From an uncultured Gammaproteobacteria bacterium (GTDB lineage: Bacteria; Patescibacteriota; Microgenomatia; UBA8517), in contig CAZTVZ010000001.1 of assembly GCA_964617045.1 (NCBI GenBank), positions 24,521 through 88,520 on the forward strand: DNA of 64,000 bases, given 5' to 3'. The stretch's first letter is position 1. Every line of letters begins with the position of its first letter. Both the position numbers and the translations under genes were made by a program. Shown here piece after piece: positions 1-9,501 of this stretch. The notes under the pieces were generated by a model. That model worked only from the letters and a program-made list of their open reading frames with translations. It did not search any database and was not told where the DNA came from.

Positions 1-407
1 TACTTATCGCCTCTGAACACTTGGTGGGCAGTATCCATGCATATAAAAACCAATTAAATGAAAACTCGAAAACCTTTTCTCTTTCATTTGATATTCCGGA
101 ACTTAACCATCATTTAATGGAAGGTTTGAGATTTCCTCCTCAATTAAAGGAAAATTTGCTTTTTGTGTTTATCAATTCCGATTTGTATTCCGAAGATATT
201 AAAAAAAGATATCCCTTAACCCAAGATGTTGTTGGAAAAAACGAGATTCCCAGCATTAACATATATTTGACCGGGAAAACAAAACTGGAACAAATATATG
301 AAATATTGGTTCTTGGTAGTTTTGTAAGTTTTTACATTGCAGTGTTGTATGGCATCGATCCAACTCCCATTCCTTGGGTTGGCTATTTCAAATCAAAGCT
401 TTCGTAA
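1..407 (+). CDS. Bifunctional phosphoglucose/phosphomannose isomerase, C-terminal SIS domain (5' truncated by window)
   Basis: ENSK...PELNHH motif and GIDPTPIPW C-terminus typical of PGI/PMI SIS2 domain; next to glycolytic genes. Confidence 0.8.
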   Translation, partial: LIASEHLVGSIHAYKNQLNENSKTFSLSFDIPELNHHLMEGLRFPPQLKENLLFVFINSDLYSEDIKKRYPLTQDVVGKNEIPSINIYLTGKTKLEQIYEILVLGSFVSFYIAVLYGIDPTPIPWVGYFKSKLS

Positions 408-437
408 TTGCTGTTCTGCGTGGTATATTTAATCAGT

Positions 438-2714
438 ATGCCTGTCCATCCCCTAATACTGCCTTTTTCAAAAGTTGATAAACACGACACGGAGATTGTT
501 GGCGGAAAAAGTGCCAACATGGGTGAAATGATCAAGACCGGACTTCCTGTTCCTCCCGGTTTTGCCACAACAACATATGCCTACGACATTTTCTTAAAAG
601 ATAATAATATTGATAAAAATATCTACGAGATACTAAATTCAACTGATGTTGATAATTCTGCGGAGTTGGAAAACGCTTCAAGAAAAATTCATAAAATGAT
701 TGAGAATTCCAAAGTTCCCAAGGAGGTGGCCGAAGAGATAAGGAGTAATTATAAAAAGCTTTCCGGGTTTATGAAAAAAGCCCACGTTGCGGTTAGATCT
801 TCTGCAACCGCTGAAGACATGCCCGGAACTTCTTTTGCTGGTCAACAAGCAACTTTCCTTAATGTTAAAGGAGATAACAGTGTTATAGAAGCCGTTAAAG
901 AGTGTTGGGCATCATTATTTACTCCAAGATCAATATTTTACCGCGTACAAAATAAAATACCCCATGAAAAAGTGAAAATATCTGTCATTGTTCAAAAAAT
1001 GATCCAATCCGTTGTCTCTGGAGTTATGTTTACAGTTGATCCTGTCACAAACGACAAAGAAAAGATTGTAATCGAATCAGTATGGGGTTTGGGAGAGATG
1101 ATTGTTCAAGGTGCAGTTGTACCGGATCACTATGTTGTTCAAAAAGACACCTTTTCGATATTAAGCAAAGTTATTTCAGATCAAAGTAAACAACTTGTCA
1201 GGTCGGGAAATGACAACAGAGAAATTCCCGTTCCGCAAAAATTAATTGGAATTCAAAAGATATCCGACGAATGTATCGTAAAATTGGCTAAATATGCAGA
1301 CAAACTTCAAAAACATTATTATTTTCCACAAGATGCGGAATGGGCATATGATGGAAAAGATCTATTTATTGTTCAAACAAGACCGATAACGACTCTTAAA
1401 GACAAAAAAGAAGTAAAGATCGAAAAGACTGAAAACGGTCAGGAAATCGCACTGACCTCTGTATTAACGGGTTCGCCGGCATCTCCCGGCATAGGATCTG
1501 GTCCAGTAAAAATTGTTAAGTCGCCGAAGGAAATTGGAAGAGTTGAAGCTGGGGATATTTTGGTATCGGTAATGACCTCTCCAGATTTTGTGCCAGCAAT
1601 GAAAAAAGCGTCAGCGATAGTTACAGATCAGGGCGGACAAACATCTCATGCAGCAATTGTCTCAAGAGAGCTTGGTATTCCTTGTGTTGTCGGTACTAAA
1701 ATGGCAACGACTTCCCTCAAAGAGGGTTCTGTTGTTACGGTTGATGGTACGACTGGTCAGGTTTACCTGGGTAGTAAGTTGGAAAAAATAGAAAATATAA
1801 ATGAAACCGAAGAAAAAGTTGTAAGAACAAAAACTGCGACCAAGGTGTATGTAAACTTGGGAGAAACAGAAAGAATCAAAGAAATATCTTCAATGAATGT
1901 TGATGGAGTCGGTCTTTTGAGGGCCGAATTCATGATAGCCAATATCGGTATTCATCCCAAAGAAGCTATCAAAAATAAAGAACAAGGAGATTTTATAAAC
2001 AAGCTCGCCAACAATCTTGCCAAGTTTTGCGATGCATTTGACGGAAAGCCAATTGTATATAGAGCAACTGATTTTAAAACCAATGAATACAGGGCCCTTC
2101 CCGGAGGTAAAGCGTGGGAACCAGAAGAACCCAACCCTTTAATGGGTTATCGAGGAGCATTCAGATATGTTGCCAGTCCTGATGTGTTCAACCTTGAGCT
2201 CCAAGCAATTAAAAAAGTACGAGAAAAATACAGAAATCTTTGGTTGATGATTCCATATGTAAGGTCACCCGAAGAGTTAATGATGGTGCGAAGGATTGTT
2301 GCCGCGGAAGGTTTGTTTGAAAGTCCAACATTTAAATTTTGGATGATGGTTGAGATTCCGACCAATGTGATACAAATTGAAGATTTTATAAAGGTGGGAA
2401 TTGACGGAGTATCTATCGGTTCCAATGATTTAACAATGTTAATAACAGGAACCGACAGAGACAATCCTGAAGTTGCCAAGGCTTTTAACGAAAGATCTCC
2501 CTCGGTTTACTGGGCTTTAAGAAGAGTTATTAAAAAATGTAATAAGAACGGTGTAACTGCTTCTATTTGTGGTCAAGCACCTTCCACTTATGAAGACATG
2601 GTTAGAAAACTGGTCAAATATGGGATAACGAGTATTTCGGTTAATCCCGATGCGGTAAATCGAGTTAGGGGTGTTATCGCAGATGCCGAAAAGGAGCTCA
2701 TACGAAATGGCTAA
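438..2714 (+). CDS. ppsA: Phosphoenolpyruvate synthase
   Basis: GGKSANMGEM, VRSSATAED, TSHAAIVSRELG phospho-His, GVGLLRAEF, SIGSNDL motifs; ATG 438 preferred. Confidence 0.95.
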   Translation: MPVHPLILPFSKVDKHDTEIVGGKSANMGEMIKTGLPVPPGFATTTYAYDIFLKDNNIDKNIYEILNSTDVDNSAELENASRKIHKMIENSKVPKEVAEEIRSNYKKLSGFMKKAHVAVRSSATAEDMPGTSFAGQQATFLNVKGDNSVIEAVKECWASLFTPRSIFYRVQNKIPHEKVKISVIVQKMIQSVVSGVMFTVDPVTNDKEKIVIESVWGLGEMIVQGAVVPDHYVVQKDTFSILSKVISDQSKQLVRSGNDNREIPVPQKLIGIQKISDECIVKLAKYADKLQKHYYFPQDAEWAYDGKDLFIVQTRPITTLKDKKEVKIEKTENGQEIALTSVLTGSPASPGIGSGPVKIVKSPKEIGRVEAGDILVSVMTSPDFVPAMKKASAIVTDQGGQTSHAAIVSRELGIPCVVGTKMATTSLKEGSVVTVDGTTGQVYLGSKLEKIENINETEEKVVRTKTATKVYVNLGETERIKEISSMNVDGVGLLRAEFMIANIGIHPKEAIKNKEQGDFINKLANNLAKFCDAFDGKPIVYRATDFKTNEYRALPGGKAWEPEEPNPLMGYRGAFRYVASPDVFNLELQAIKKVREKYRNLWLMIPYVRSPEELMMVRRIVAAEGLFESPTFKFWMMVEIPTNVIQIEDFIKVGIDGVSIGSNDLTMLITGTDRDNPEVAKAFNERSPSVYWALRRVIKKCNKNGVTASICGQAPSTYEDMVRKLVKYGITSISVNPDAVNRVRGVIADAEKELIRNG

Positions 2715-3978
2715 GATTGCAAAAGTGTGGGCTAGAGAGATTCTAGATTCAAGAGGTACTCCAACCGTTGAAGGTGCAGTCCTGCTCGATTCTGGACAAG
2801 CGACCGTTGCTTCAGTCCCAGCAGGTGCGTCTACCGGAACACACGAAGCCTTGGAATTGAGGGATAACGAAAACCCTAGATATTTGGGTAAAGGAGTGTG
2901 GAAAGCTGTGAACAATGTTAATACAATTCTGGGCCCTGCGATTATTGGAATGGATCCAATGGATATATTCAAAATCGATCAGAAGTTAATATCTCTTGAT
3001 GGAACTGAAAACAAATCAAAACTGGGAGCAAATGCAATTCTTTCTGTTTCGATGGCTGTTGCAAAGGCTGGTGCTTTAGCTGCTCAAAAAGATTTATATG
3101 TCTGGATTTATTATTTGGCACAACAACTAGGAATGAAGAATTCGGTGAAAGTACCGATACCTTTATTTAACATGATAAACGGTGGATTGCACGGGGCGGG
3201 AAACCTGGACTTTCAGGAGTTTCATATCATTCCAGCTTCGAATAAATCTTTTGCCCATAGTATTCAGATGGGAGTGGAAATATATCACACGATTGGGGAA
3301 AACCTTAAACGTAGAGGTGCTATTCATTCGGTTGGTGACGAAGGTGGGTATGCACCAAATTTATTTACAAATGCAGATGCGCTCGAGGTATTTGTTGAAT
3401 CCATTAAACAAACACAATATTCATTGGGTCGCGACGTGTTTTTGGGTTTGGATGTTGCCGCAAATTCTTTCTATAGTGGTGGTGAATATCAAATCAGGGA
3501 CAAATCGGCACCAATGGACACCACTCATATCCTTGAATTTTATAAGGCTTTAAACGACCAATATCATTTGGCGATATTGGAAGACCCTTTATTTGAAGAT
3601 GCCTTCGAAGAATGGGCAAAGTTAAACGAACTTTTAGGTCAACAAGTGATAATTGTAGGTGATGATTTGTTGGCGACAAATCCGAAAAGGTTGGAAAAAG
3701 CCATTGCTCAAAAATCCTGCAATGCAATATTGATTAAACCCAACCAAATAGGAACTGTATCTGAAACCCTAAAAGTAATTAAGATGGCGAGGGATGCCAA
3801 TTATAAAATTGTTGTTTCTCATAGATCAGGTGAAACAAACGATTGGTTTATTGCCGATTTTGCAACTGGAGTGGGAGCAGATTATTGCAAATTCGGCGCA
3901 CCGGCAAGAGGGGAAAGAGTTGCCAAATACAACAGATTATCATCAATAGAAATCGAACTTTTAAGGTATCAAAAATGA
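2707..3978 (+). CDS. eno: Enolase
   Basis: REILDSRGTPTVE, GASTG, VGDEGG, SHRSGET, ERVAKYN motifs. Confidence 0.97.
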   Translation: MAKIAKVWAREILDSRGTPTVEGAVLLDSGQATVASVPAGASTGTHEALELRDNENPRYLGKGVWKAVNNVNTILGPAIIGMDPMDIFKIDQKLISLDGTENKSKLGANAILSVSMAVAKAGALAAQKDLYVWIYYLAQQLGMKNSVKVPIPLFNMINGGLHGAGNLDFQEFHIIPASNKSFAHSIQMGVEIYHTIGENLKRRGAIHSVGDEGGYAPNLFTNADALEVFVESIKQTQYSLGRDVFLGLDVAANSFYSGGEYQIRDKSAPMDTTHILEFYKALNDQYHLAILEDPLFEDAFEEWAKLNELLGQQVIIVGDDLLATNPKRLEKAIAQKSCNAILIKPNQIGTVSETLKVIKMARDANYKIVVSHRSGETNDWFIADFATGVGADYCKFGAPARGERVAKYNRLSSIEIELLRYQK

Positions 3979-5639
3979 ATCCCGGTAACGAAACCAAACT
4001 TGTATGCCTTCTAATTTTGGACGGTTGGGGTTTGTCCCCGGCTTCAGCTGGTAATGCAATTTCATTAGCTGCTACACCAAACATAAACAGATTCAAATTA
4101 TCCTATCCATATACCCAGCTTACTGCCTCAGGAGAAGCTGTAGGTTTGCCGAAAGGAGAATCCGGTAATACCGAAACAGGACATTTGAATATCGGAGCTG
4201 GAAGAATTGTGTATCAGGATTTGGCGAGAATAAATATGTCTATTGCAGATGGAACGTTTGTGCAAAATCAGGTATTTATTGATGCAATAAATCATGCCAA
4301 GAAGTACGGCTCAAACCTCCATCTAATGGGACTTGTGGGTGCTGGAGGAGTACATTCAAACATTGAGCATTTATTGGCTCTGATCTCTCTTGCCAAAAAA
4401 CAAAATTTCAGCCGTGTGTATTTACATTTGTTTACCGATGGAAGAGATTCTCCCCAAACATCGGCAAAGATATATATTCAACAAATTAAGCAAGAGTTGC
4501 AAAGAAACGGAATAGGAAAAATTGCGTCGATTATGGGTAGATATTGGGCAATGGATAGAGATTTTCGTTGGGATAGGACCGCAAAAGCATATTTTGCACT
4601 TACAAAGGCTCAAGGAAAAGGATTTAGAACTGTCGAGGAAGCCGTAGATGCTTCATATAATCTTGGCAAAACGGATGAATTTATTGAGCCATCGATTATG
4701 ACTGATGAATCGGGTAGAGCTTTAACAACCATAAAAGATAACGATTCGGTAATATTTTTCAATTTCCGGGTTGATAGACCAAGACAACTAACAAGCGCAT
4801 TTATACTTCCTGATTTTGATGTTACCAAAATATCTTGGGAATTTGATCCTTATTCTGATAAATATTTGAAAACACATTTGGTTAAGCCAAAAACACCCGA
4901 AACCACATTTGAAAGAGGAGAACCCTTAAAAAACTTGTATTTTTGTACGATGACTGAATACGCCAAACCCCTGGTTCAATCGGGGTGTAAAGTTGCATTC
5001 AAACCAACAACTATAGAAATGCCTTTGGGAAGAGTAATTGCGGAACATGGATTAAAACAATTACGAGTTGCAGAATCGGAGAAAGAGAGATTTGTTACAT
5101 ATTATTTCAATGGTATGCAGGAAATGGTATTTCCAGGTGAAGAAAGAATGATTATTCCTTCACCAAAAGTACCAACATATGATTTAAAACCGGAAATGAG
5201 TGCCAGAGAATTAACTGAAGGTTTATTGACCAAACTAAGAAGTGCTTCAGATTATTCTTTTATCGTTGTTAATTTTGCAAATCCGGACATGGTGGCTCAT
5301 ACGGGTAATATCGGTGCCGCGACAAAAGCAATAGAAACAGTAGACGAATGTGTCGGAAAGATAGCCAATTTTGTACTCGCTTATGAAGGTGTTGTCTTAA
5401 TTACAGCCGATCATGGAAATGTAGAGGAAATGATTAATCCGCATACTGGGGAAATTGATACGGAACACAACGGAAGTCCCGTTCCATTTATTTTCGTATC
5501 CAGAAATTTCATTGGAAAAAATATTACTCTCCCTGACGGAATATTGGCGGATATTGCGCCAACGGTATTATCTCTTTTGGGAATTACTCCTCCAGCTGAT
5601 ATGACGGGAAGAAATCTACTTGAATCACTTCAGATTTAG
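3975..5639 (+). CDS. gpmI: 2,3-bisphosphoglycerate-independent phosphoglycerate mutase
   Basis: LILDGWG, GNTETGH, DGRD, NPDMVAH, TADHGN motifs; ATGA overlap with eno. Confidence 0.95.
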   Translation: MNPGNETKLVCLLILDGWGLSPASAGNAISLAATPNINRFKLSYPYTQLTASGEAVGLPKGESGNTETGHLNIGAGRIVYQDLARINMSIADGTFVQNQVFIDAINHAKKYGSNLHLMGLVGAGGVHSNIEHLLALISLAKKQNFSRVYLHLFTDGRDSPQTSAKIYIQQIKQELQRNGIGKIASIMGRYWAMDRDFRWDRTAKAYFALTKAQGKGFRTVEEAVDASYNLGKTDEFIEPSIMTDESGRALTTIKDNDSVIFFNFRVDRPRQLTSAFILPDFDVTKISWEFDPYSDKYLKTHLVKPKTPETTFERGEPLKNLYFCTMTEYAKPLVQSGCKVAFKPTTIEMPLGRVIAEHGLKQLRVAESEKERFVTYYFNGMQEMVFPGEERMIIPSPKVPTYDLKPEMSARELTEGLLTKLRSASDYSFIVVNFANPDMVAHTGNIGAATKAIETVDECVGKIANFVLAYEGVVLITADHGNVEEMINPHTGEIDTEHNGSPVPFIFVSRNFIGKNITLPDGILADIAPTVLSLLGITPPADMTGRNLLESLQI

Positions 5640-5653
5640 CCTTACTATTAGGT

Positions 5654-6304
5654 GTGAATCCAATATTATTTTTAATTGATTTTATTCTTCATATAGATGT
5701 TCATCTGGGAGAGCTTATTTCAATGTACGGGTTTGCAACGTATGCAATTTTATTCGTAATTATTTTTATTGAAACTGGACTTGTTTTTACTCCATTTTTG
5801 CCGGGAGATTCACTTCTTTTTGCAGCAGGAGCATTTGCAGCGCTTGGATCCTTAAACATATTTGTTGTTATTGGTCTTCTTATTGTTGCGGCAGTATTGG
5901 GAGATACATGTAATTATTGGATTGGCCACTTTTTTGGTCAAAAATTGGTTGACAATCCGAAAGTTCCGATTAAAAAAGAGCATATCGAGGAAACTCAAAA
6001 GTTTTTTGAAAAACACGGTGGAAAAACAATTATTTTGGCTAGATTTGTACCAATTGTGAGGACTTTTGCTCCGTTTGTTGCCGGAATAGGAAAGATGCAT
6101 TACGGCAATTTTATTTCATATAACGTAATTGGAGGTATTACCTGGGTTGTTATTGCCTCGGTTGCTGGCTATTTCTTTGGAAATATTCCTCTCGTAAAAG
6201 AAAACTTCTCAGTTGTTATTATTGCAATTGTATTAATATCTGTCATACCCATGCTTATACCTGTTGTTAAAAAGTGGGTTAAGAAATTGATGAAGAAAAA
6301 TTAA
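5654..6304 (+). CDS. dedA: DedA family membrane protein
   Basis: ETGL..PFLPGDSLLF and ARFVPIVRTFAPFVAG motifs. Confidence 0.93.
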   Translation: MNPILFLIDFILHIDVHLGELISMYGFATYAILFVIIFIETGLVFTPFLPGDSLLFAAGAFAALGSLNIFVVIGLLIVAAVLGDTCNYWIGHFFGQKLVDNPKVPIKKEHIEETQKFFEKHGGKTIILARFVPIVRTFAPFVAGIGKMHYGNFISYNVIGGITWVVIASVAGYFFGNIPLVKENFSVVIIAIVLISVIPMLIPVVKKWVKKLMKKN

Positions 6305-6924
6305 TTTCTATAGTATCTTCTGATTAGCCCGACTACTTTTCCTTGAATTTTTACGTTTTTAACAAAGATAGGGGACATTTTAGCGTTCGCAGGTTCCAGT
6401 CTTATTCTCGTGGCCTCTTTGAAAAAGCGTTTTAAAGTAGCCATTCCGTTTTCAAGAAGAGCAACGACGATTTCCCCATTATTGGCGTTGTCTGTTTGTT
6501 CAACAACAACATAATCACCGTCTCTGATTTGTTCTTCTATCATCGATTCTCCCCTGACTTGGAGTACGTAAACTCTTTTTTTGCCGCTTACAAACGGTGC
6601 TGGGATAGACATGGTTGCGTTTGGATCTGTATAGGGTTCGATTGGAGCTCCGGCCGCAATAAACCCAAGAATTGGAACATCCATTCCGCTATTTTCAAAA
6701 TCGATGTTTGTTTGTGTTAAATTAATTGCTCTGGTTTTTCCGAGTTTTCTTTTTATTAAACCTTTTTCTTCAAGAGTTTGTAAGTGTTCATGTACCGTAG
6801 CCAAGGAAGACACCCCAATTGCGGTTGCAATTTGTTTCAAAGTGGGAGCAGAGCCCGTTGATTGAATGTGTTGCTTTATAAAGTCCAATATTTGAGATTG
6901 CCTTTTGTAAATTATCGGTGCCAT
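6301..6924 (-). CDS. lexA: SOS repressor LexA
   Basis: N-terminal wHTH (APTLKQIA..VHEHL), Ala-Gly cleavage site (IAAGAP), GESM Ser and TLKR Lys of peptidase S24. Confidence 0.96.
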   Translation of the reverse strand: MAPIIYKRQSQILDFIKQHIQSTGSAPTLKQIATAIGVSSLATVHEHLQTLEEKGLIKRKLGKTRAINLTQTNIDFENSGMDVPILGFIAAGAPIEPYTDPNATMSIPAPFVSGKKRVYVLQVRGESMIEEQIRDGDYVVVEQTDNANNGEIVVALLENGMATLKRFFKEATRIRLEPANAKMSPIFVKNVKIQGKVVGLIRRYYRN

Positions 6925-6938
6925 ATTAGATAAAAGAT

Positions 6939-6954
6939 ACTAATAAAACCCGAA
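6939..6954. promoter_or_regulatory. Putative LexA operator (ACTAA-N6-CCGAA) inside the lexA promoter spacer (minus-strand TTGACA 6957-6962, 17 bp, TATCTT 6934-6939)
   Basis: Degenerate copy of a motif shared with the dinB upstream region. Confidence 0.6.
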
Positions 6955-6984
6955 AGTGTCAACTATATCTTTTATAGTCAAAAC

Positions 6985-7000
6985 CCAAAGTTATACCGAA
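6985..7000. promoter_or_regulatory. Putative LexA operator (CCAAA-N6-CCGAA) between lexA and uvrB
   Basis: Same half-sites and spacing as two sites upstream of the dinB cassette; just upstream of uvrB TG-TACAAT -10. Confidence 0.72.
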
Positions 7001-7022
7001 AAATGTGCTACAATATTTTGGT

Positions 7023-9044
7023 ATGGATTTTAAAATAAACACAAATTTCACTCCAATTCCGGACCAGAAAAATGCAATAGAAAAACTGGTTCAAGGAGTT
7101 AATGGAAACGATAAATATCAAGTACTTTTGGGGGTTACCGGGTCAGGAAAAACATTTACGATGGCCAATGTAATTGAAAAGTTGAACCGTCCAACTCTTA
7201 TTATTTGTCACAATAAAACATTGGCAGGCCAGTTGTACCAAGAAATGAGAGATTTATTTCCCGAAAATGCCGTAAGCTATTTCGTCTCATATTACGATTA
7301 TTACCAGCCGGAAGCATACATTCCCCAAACAGATACTTATATAGAAAAAGATGCCGATATCAATGAATTAATAGATAAATTAAGACTTGCAGCAACAGCC
7401 AACATATTAACCAGGAAAGACACTATCGTTGTTGCCTCGGTCTCTTGTATTTATAACATTGGATCGCCGAAAGAATACGGTAAATTCGTTTTTGAATTTC
7501 GGGAAGGAGTAAAAATATCACGACAACAAATAATCGATAGGCTTGTTGATTTGCAATACGAAAGAGCCGAATTTGGATTTCATAGAGGAACTTTTCGCGT
7601 TAGGGGGGACGCAATTGATGTTTATCCTGCTTACCAAGATGACGGTATTCGTATTGAATTGGACGAAGAAAAAATTGTCAAAGTAACGTTAATCGATTCG
7701 GCAACCGGTGAAGAGAAGAAAGATGATAAATATGACGGTGATGTATTTACACTTTATCCGGCCAAACACTTCATTACAGATCCAAGAGAGAACGAGGATA
7801 AATACAAACAAATATTAAATGATTTGAACAAAAGAGTTGAGGAATTTAAATCTCAAGGGAAAGATATTGAAGCTCATAGATTGAAGCAAAAAGTTTCATA
7901 TGATCTTGATATGCTCAAAGAATTCGGCTTTGTAAAGGGGATCGAAAATTATTCGAGATATTTTGACGGGAGAGAGCCCGGTGAAGCACCCTATTCTTTA
8001 TTGGATTATTTTAAAGAAGCTTCAAACGGTGAATATTTGGTAATCATCGATGAAAGCCACATGACGTTTCCTCAGATCAGGGGTATGTATAACGGTGACC
8101 AGGCAAGGAAACAAATACTAATTGATTATGGATTCAGATTGCCGTCAGCCATAGATAATCGGCCTCTTAAGTTTGATGAATTTATGCGAAGAATTCCTAA
8201 TTTTATTGCTTGTTCAGCAACACCTAATGAGTGGGAAATTAATCTTTCGGAAGGCAAGGTCATAGAACAGTTGTTAAGACCCACCGGAATACCAGATCCT
8301 GAAGTGGAAATAAGACCAACCGAAAAGCAGGTAAAAGACGTAATTGGTGAAATATCGAAGCAAGTAAAAAAAGGACAACGGACATTGGTCACAACACTTA
8401 CCAAAAAAACTGCAGAAGACTTATCAGGATATTTAAACGAACAAGGTTTCAAGGTACATTATCTACATTCAGATGTAAAAACTTTAGACAGAGGAGATAT
8501 TTTAGATGATTTAAGAAGAGGGAATTATGACGTACTTGTTGGAATCAATCTTTTAAGAGAAGGATTGGATTTGCCTGAAGTTTCCTTGGTTGCAATTCTG
8601 GATGCCGATAAAGAAGGGTTTTTACGTTCCGATGTAACCCTTATCCAAACAATGGGCAGGGCGGCAAGACATGCCGAGGGGAGAGTCATTATGTATGCGG
8701 ACAAAATAACAGGATCTATGGACAGGGCATTGAAAGAAGTAAGACGCAGAAGAGAATATCAAATTAAAGAGAATAAAAAAATGGGAATCGTTCCAAAAAC
8801 GGTTGTAAAACCAATAAGAGAAAAATTGATTGAGAGAGATGCTGAAAATGAGATTGAAAAGCAAATATTCGGTCATGAACCTCTTTATTATTCCCTGCCT
8901 ATGATAGACGTTGACGCATATACTCCGATGGAAAAAAGAAGACTAATTGCCAATCTTAAAAAAGAGATGAGAATTGCTGCACAAGATCTTAATTTTGAGT
9001 TGGCTGCAGAGATTAGAGACAAGATAGCGGAGTTGGATAAATAA
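7023..9044 (+). CDS. uvrB: Excinuclease ABC subunit B
   Basis: GVTGSGKT, YFVSYYDYYQPEAY beta-hairpin, GINLLREGLD, C-terminal UVR. Confidence 0.98.
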   Translation: MDFKINTNFTPIPDQKNAIEKLVQGVNGNDKYQVLLGVTGSGKTFTMANVIEKLNRPTLIICHNKTLAGQLYQEMRDLFPENAVSYFVSYYDYYQPEAYIPQTDTYIEKDADINELIDKLRLAATANILTRKDTIVVASVSCIYNIGSPKEYGKFVFEFREGVKISRQQIIDRLVDLQYERAEFGFHRGTFRVRGDAIDVYPAYQDDGIRIELDEEKIVKVTLIDSATGEEKKDDKYDGDVFTLYPAKHFITDPRENEDKYKQILNDLNKRVEEFKSQGKDIEAHRLKQKVSYDLDMLKEFGFVKGIENYSRYFDGREPGEAPYSLLDYFKEASNGEYLVIIDESHMTFPQIRGMYNGDQARKQILIDYGFRLPSAIDNRPLKFDEFMRRIPNFIACSATPNEWEINLSEGKVIEQLLRPTGIPDPEVEIRPTEKQVKDVIGEISKQVKKGQRTLVTTLTKKTAEDLSGYLNEQGFKVHYLHSDVKTLDRGDILDDLRRGNYDVLVGINLLREGLDLPEVSLVAILDADKEGFLRSDVTLIQTMGRAARHAEGRVIMYADKITGSMDRALKEVRRRREYQIKENKKMGIVPKTVVKPIREKLIERDAENEIEKQIFGHEPLYYSLPMIDVDAYTPMEKRRLIANLKKEMRIAAQDLNFELAAEIRDKIAELDK

Positions 9045-9046
9045 GA

Positions 9047-9436
9047 TTATCTGATTCTTGTATTGAAATCTTCCAGTTCGGAAATAAATTTAATATTGTG
9101 TTTTTCTTCCAGCCTAAAAATTGCATGGAATTGATATGCGTAGGTTACGGCAGGAGAGTTGTAGGATTGAATGATTCCGTACCCATATTCTTTATTGTTG
9201 TTTTCGGTTATTTGATCGTAACAGTGATCAAACAGACCCAGCATTGACTTGTTGTTCATAATACCCCTGAATTCAAACATTGATATTTTTCCTGAAGAAA
9301 CGAGATTGTTGAAATTGATTAGATGCCTTGAAATTTCTTCCCTAAGCTCGTCCGCTTCATAGATACTTAAACCATGATTTTTGTAAAAGTCTTCTGCTTC
9401 TTGCAAACTAGGTTCTTTGGGCGTGAATTCGACCAT
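9047..9436 (-). CDS. Hypothetical protein
   Basis: 129 aa ORF filling the uvrB-uvrA gap; no recognisable motif. Confidence 0.6.
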   Translation of the reverse strand: MVEFTPKEPSLQEAEDFYKNHGLSIYEADELREEISRHLINFNNLVSSGKISMFEFRGIMNNKSMLGLFDHCYDQITENNNKEYGYGIIQSYNSPAVTYAYQFHAIFRLEEKHNIKFISELEDFNTRIR

Positions 9437-9501
9437 ATCGGTATTTTAACAAAATTGATGATATACTCAAGTGTCCGTCGGAAAACCGATGGAGCTTTTG
9501 T

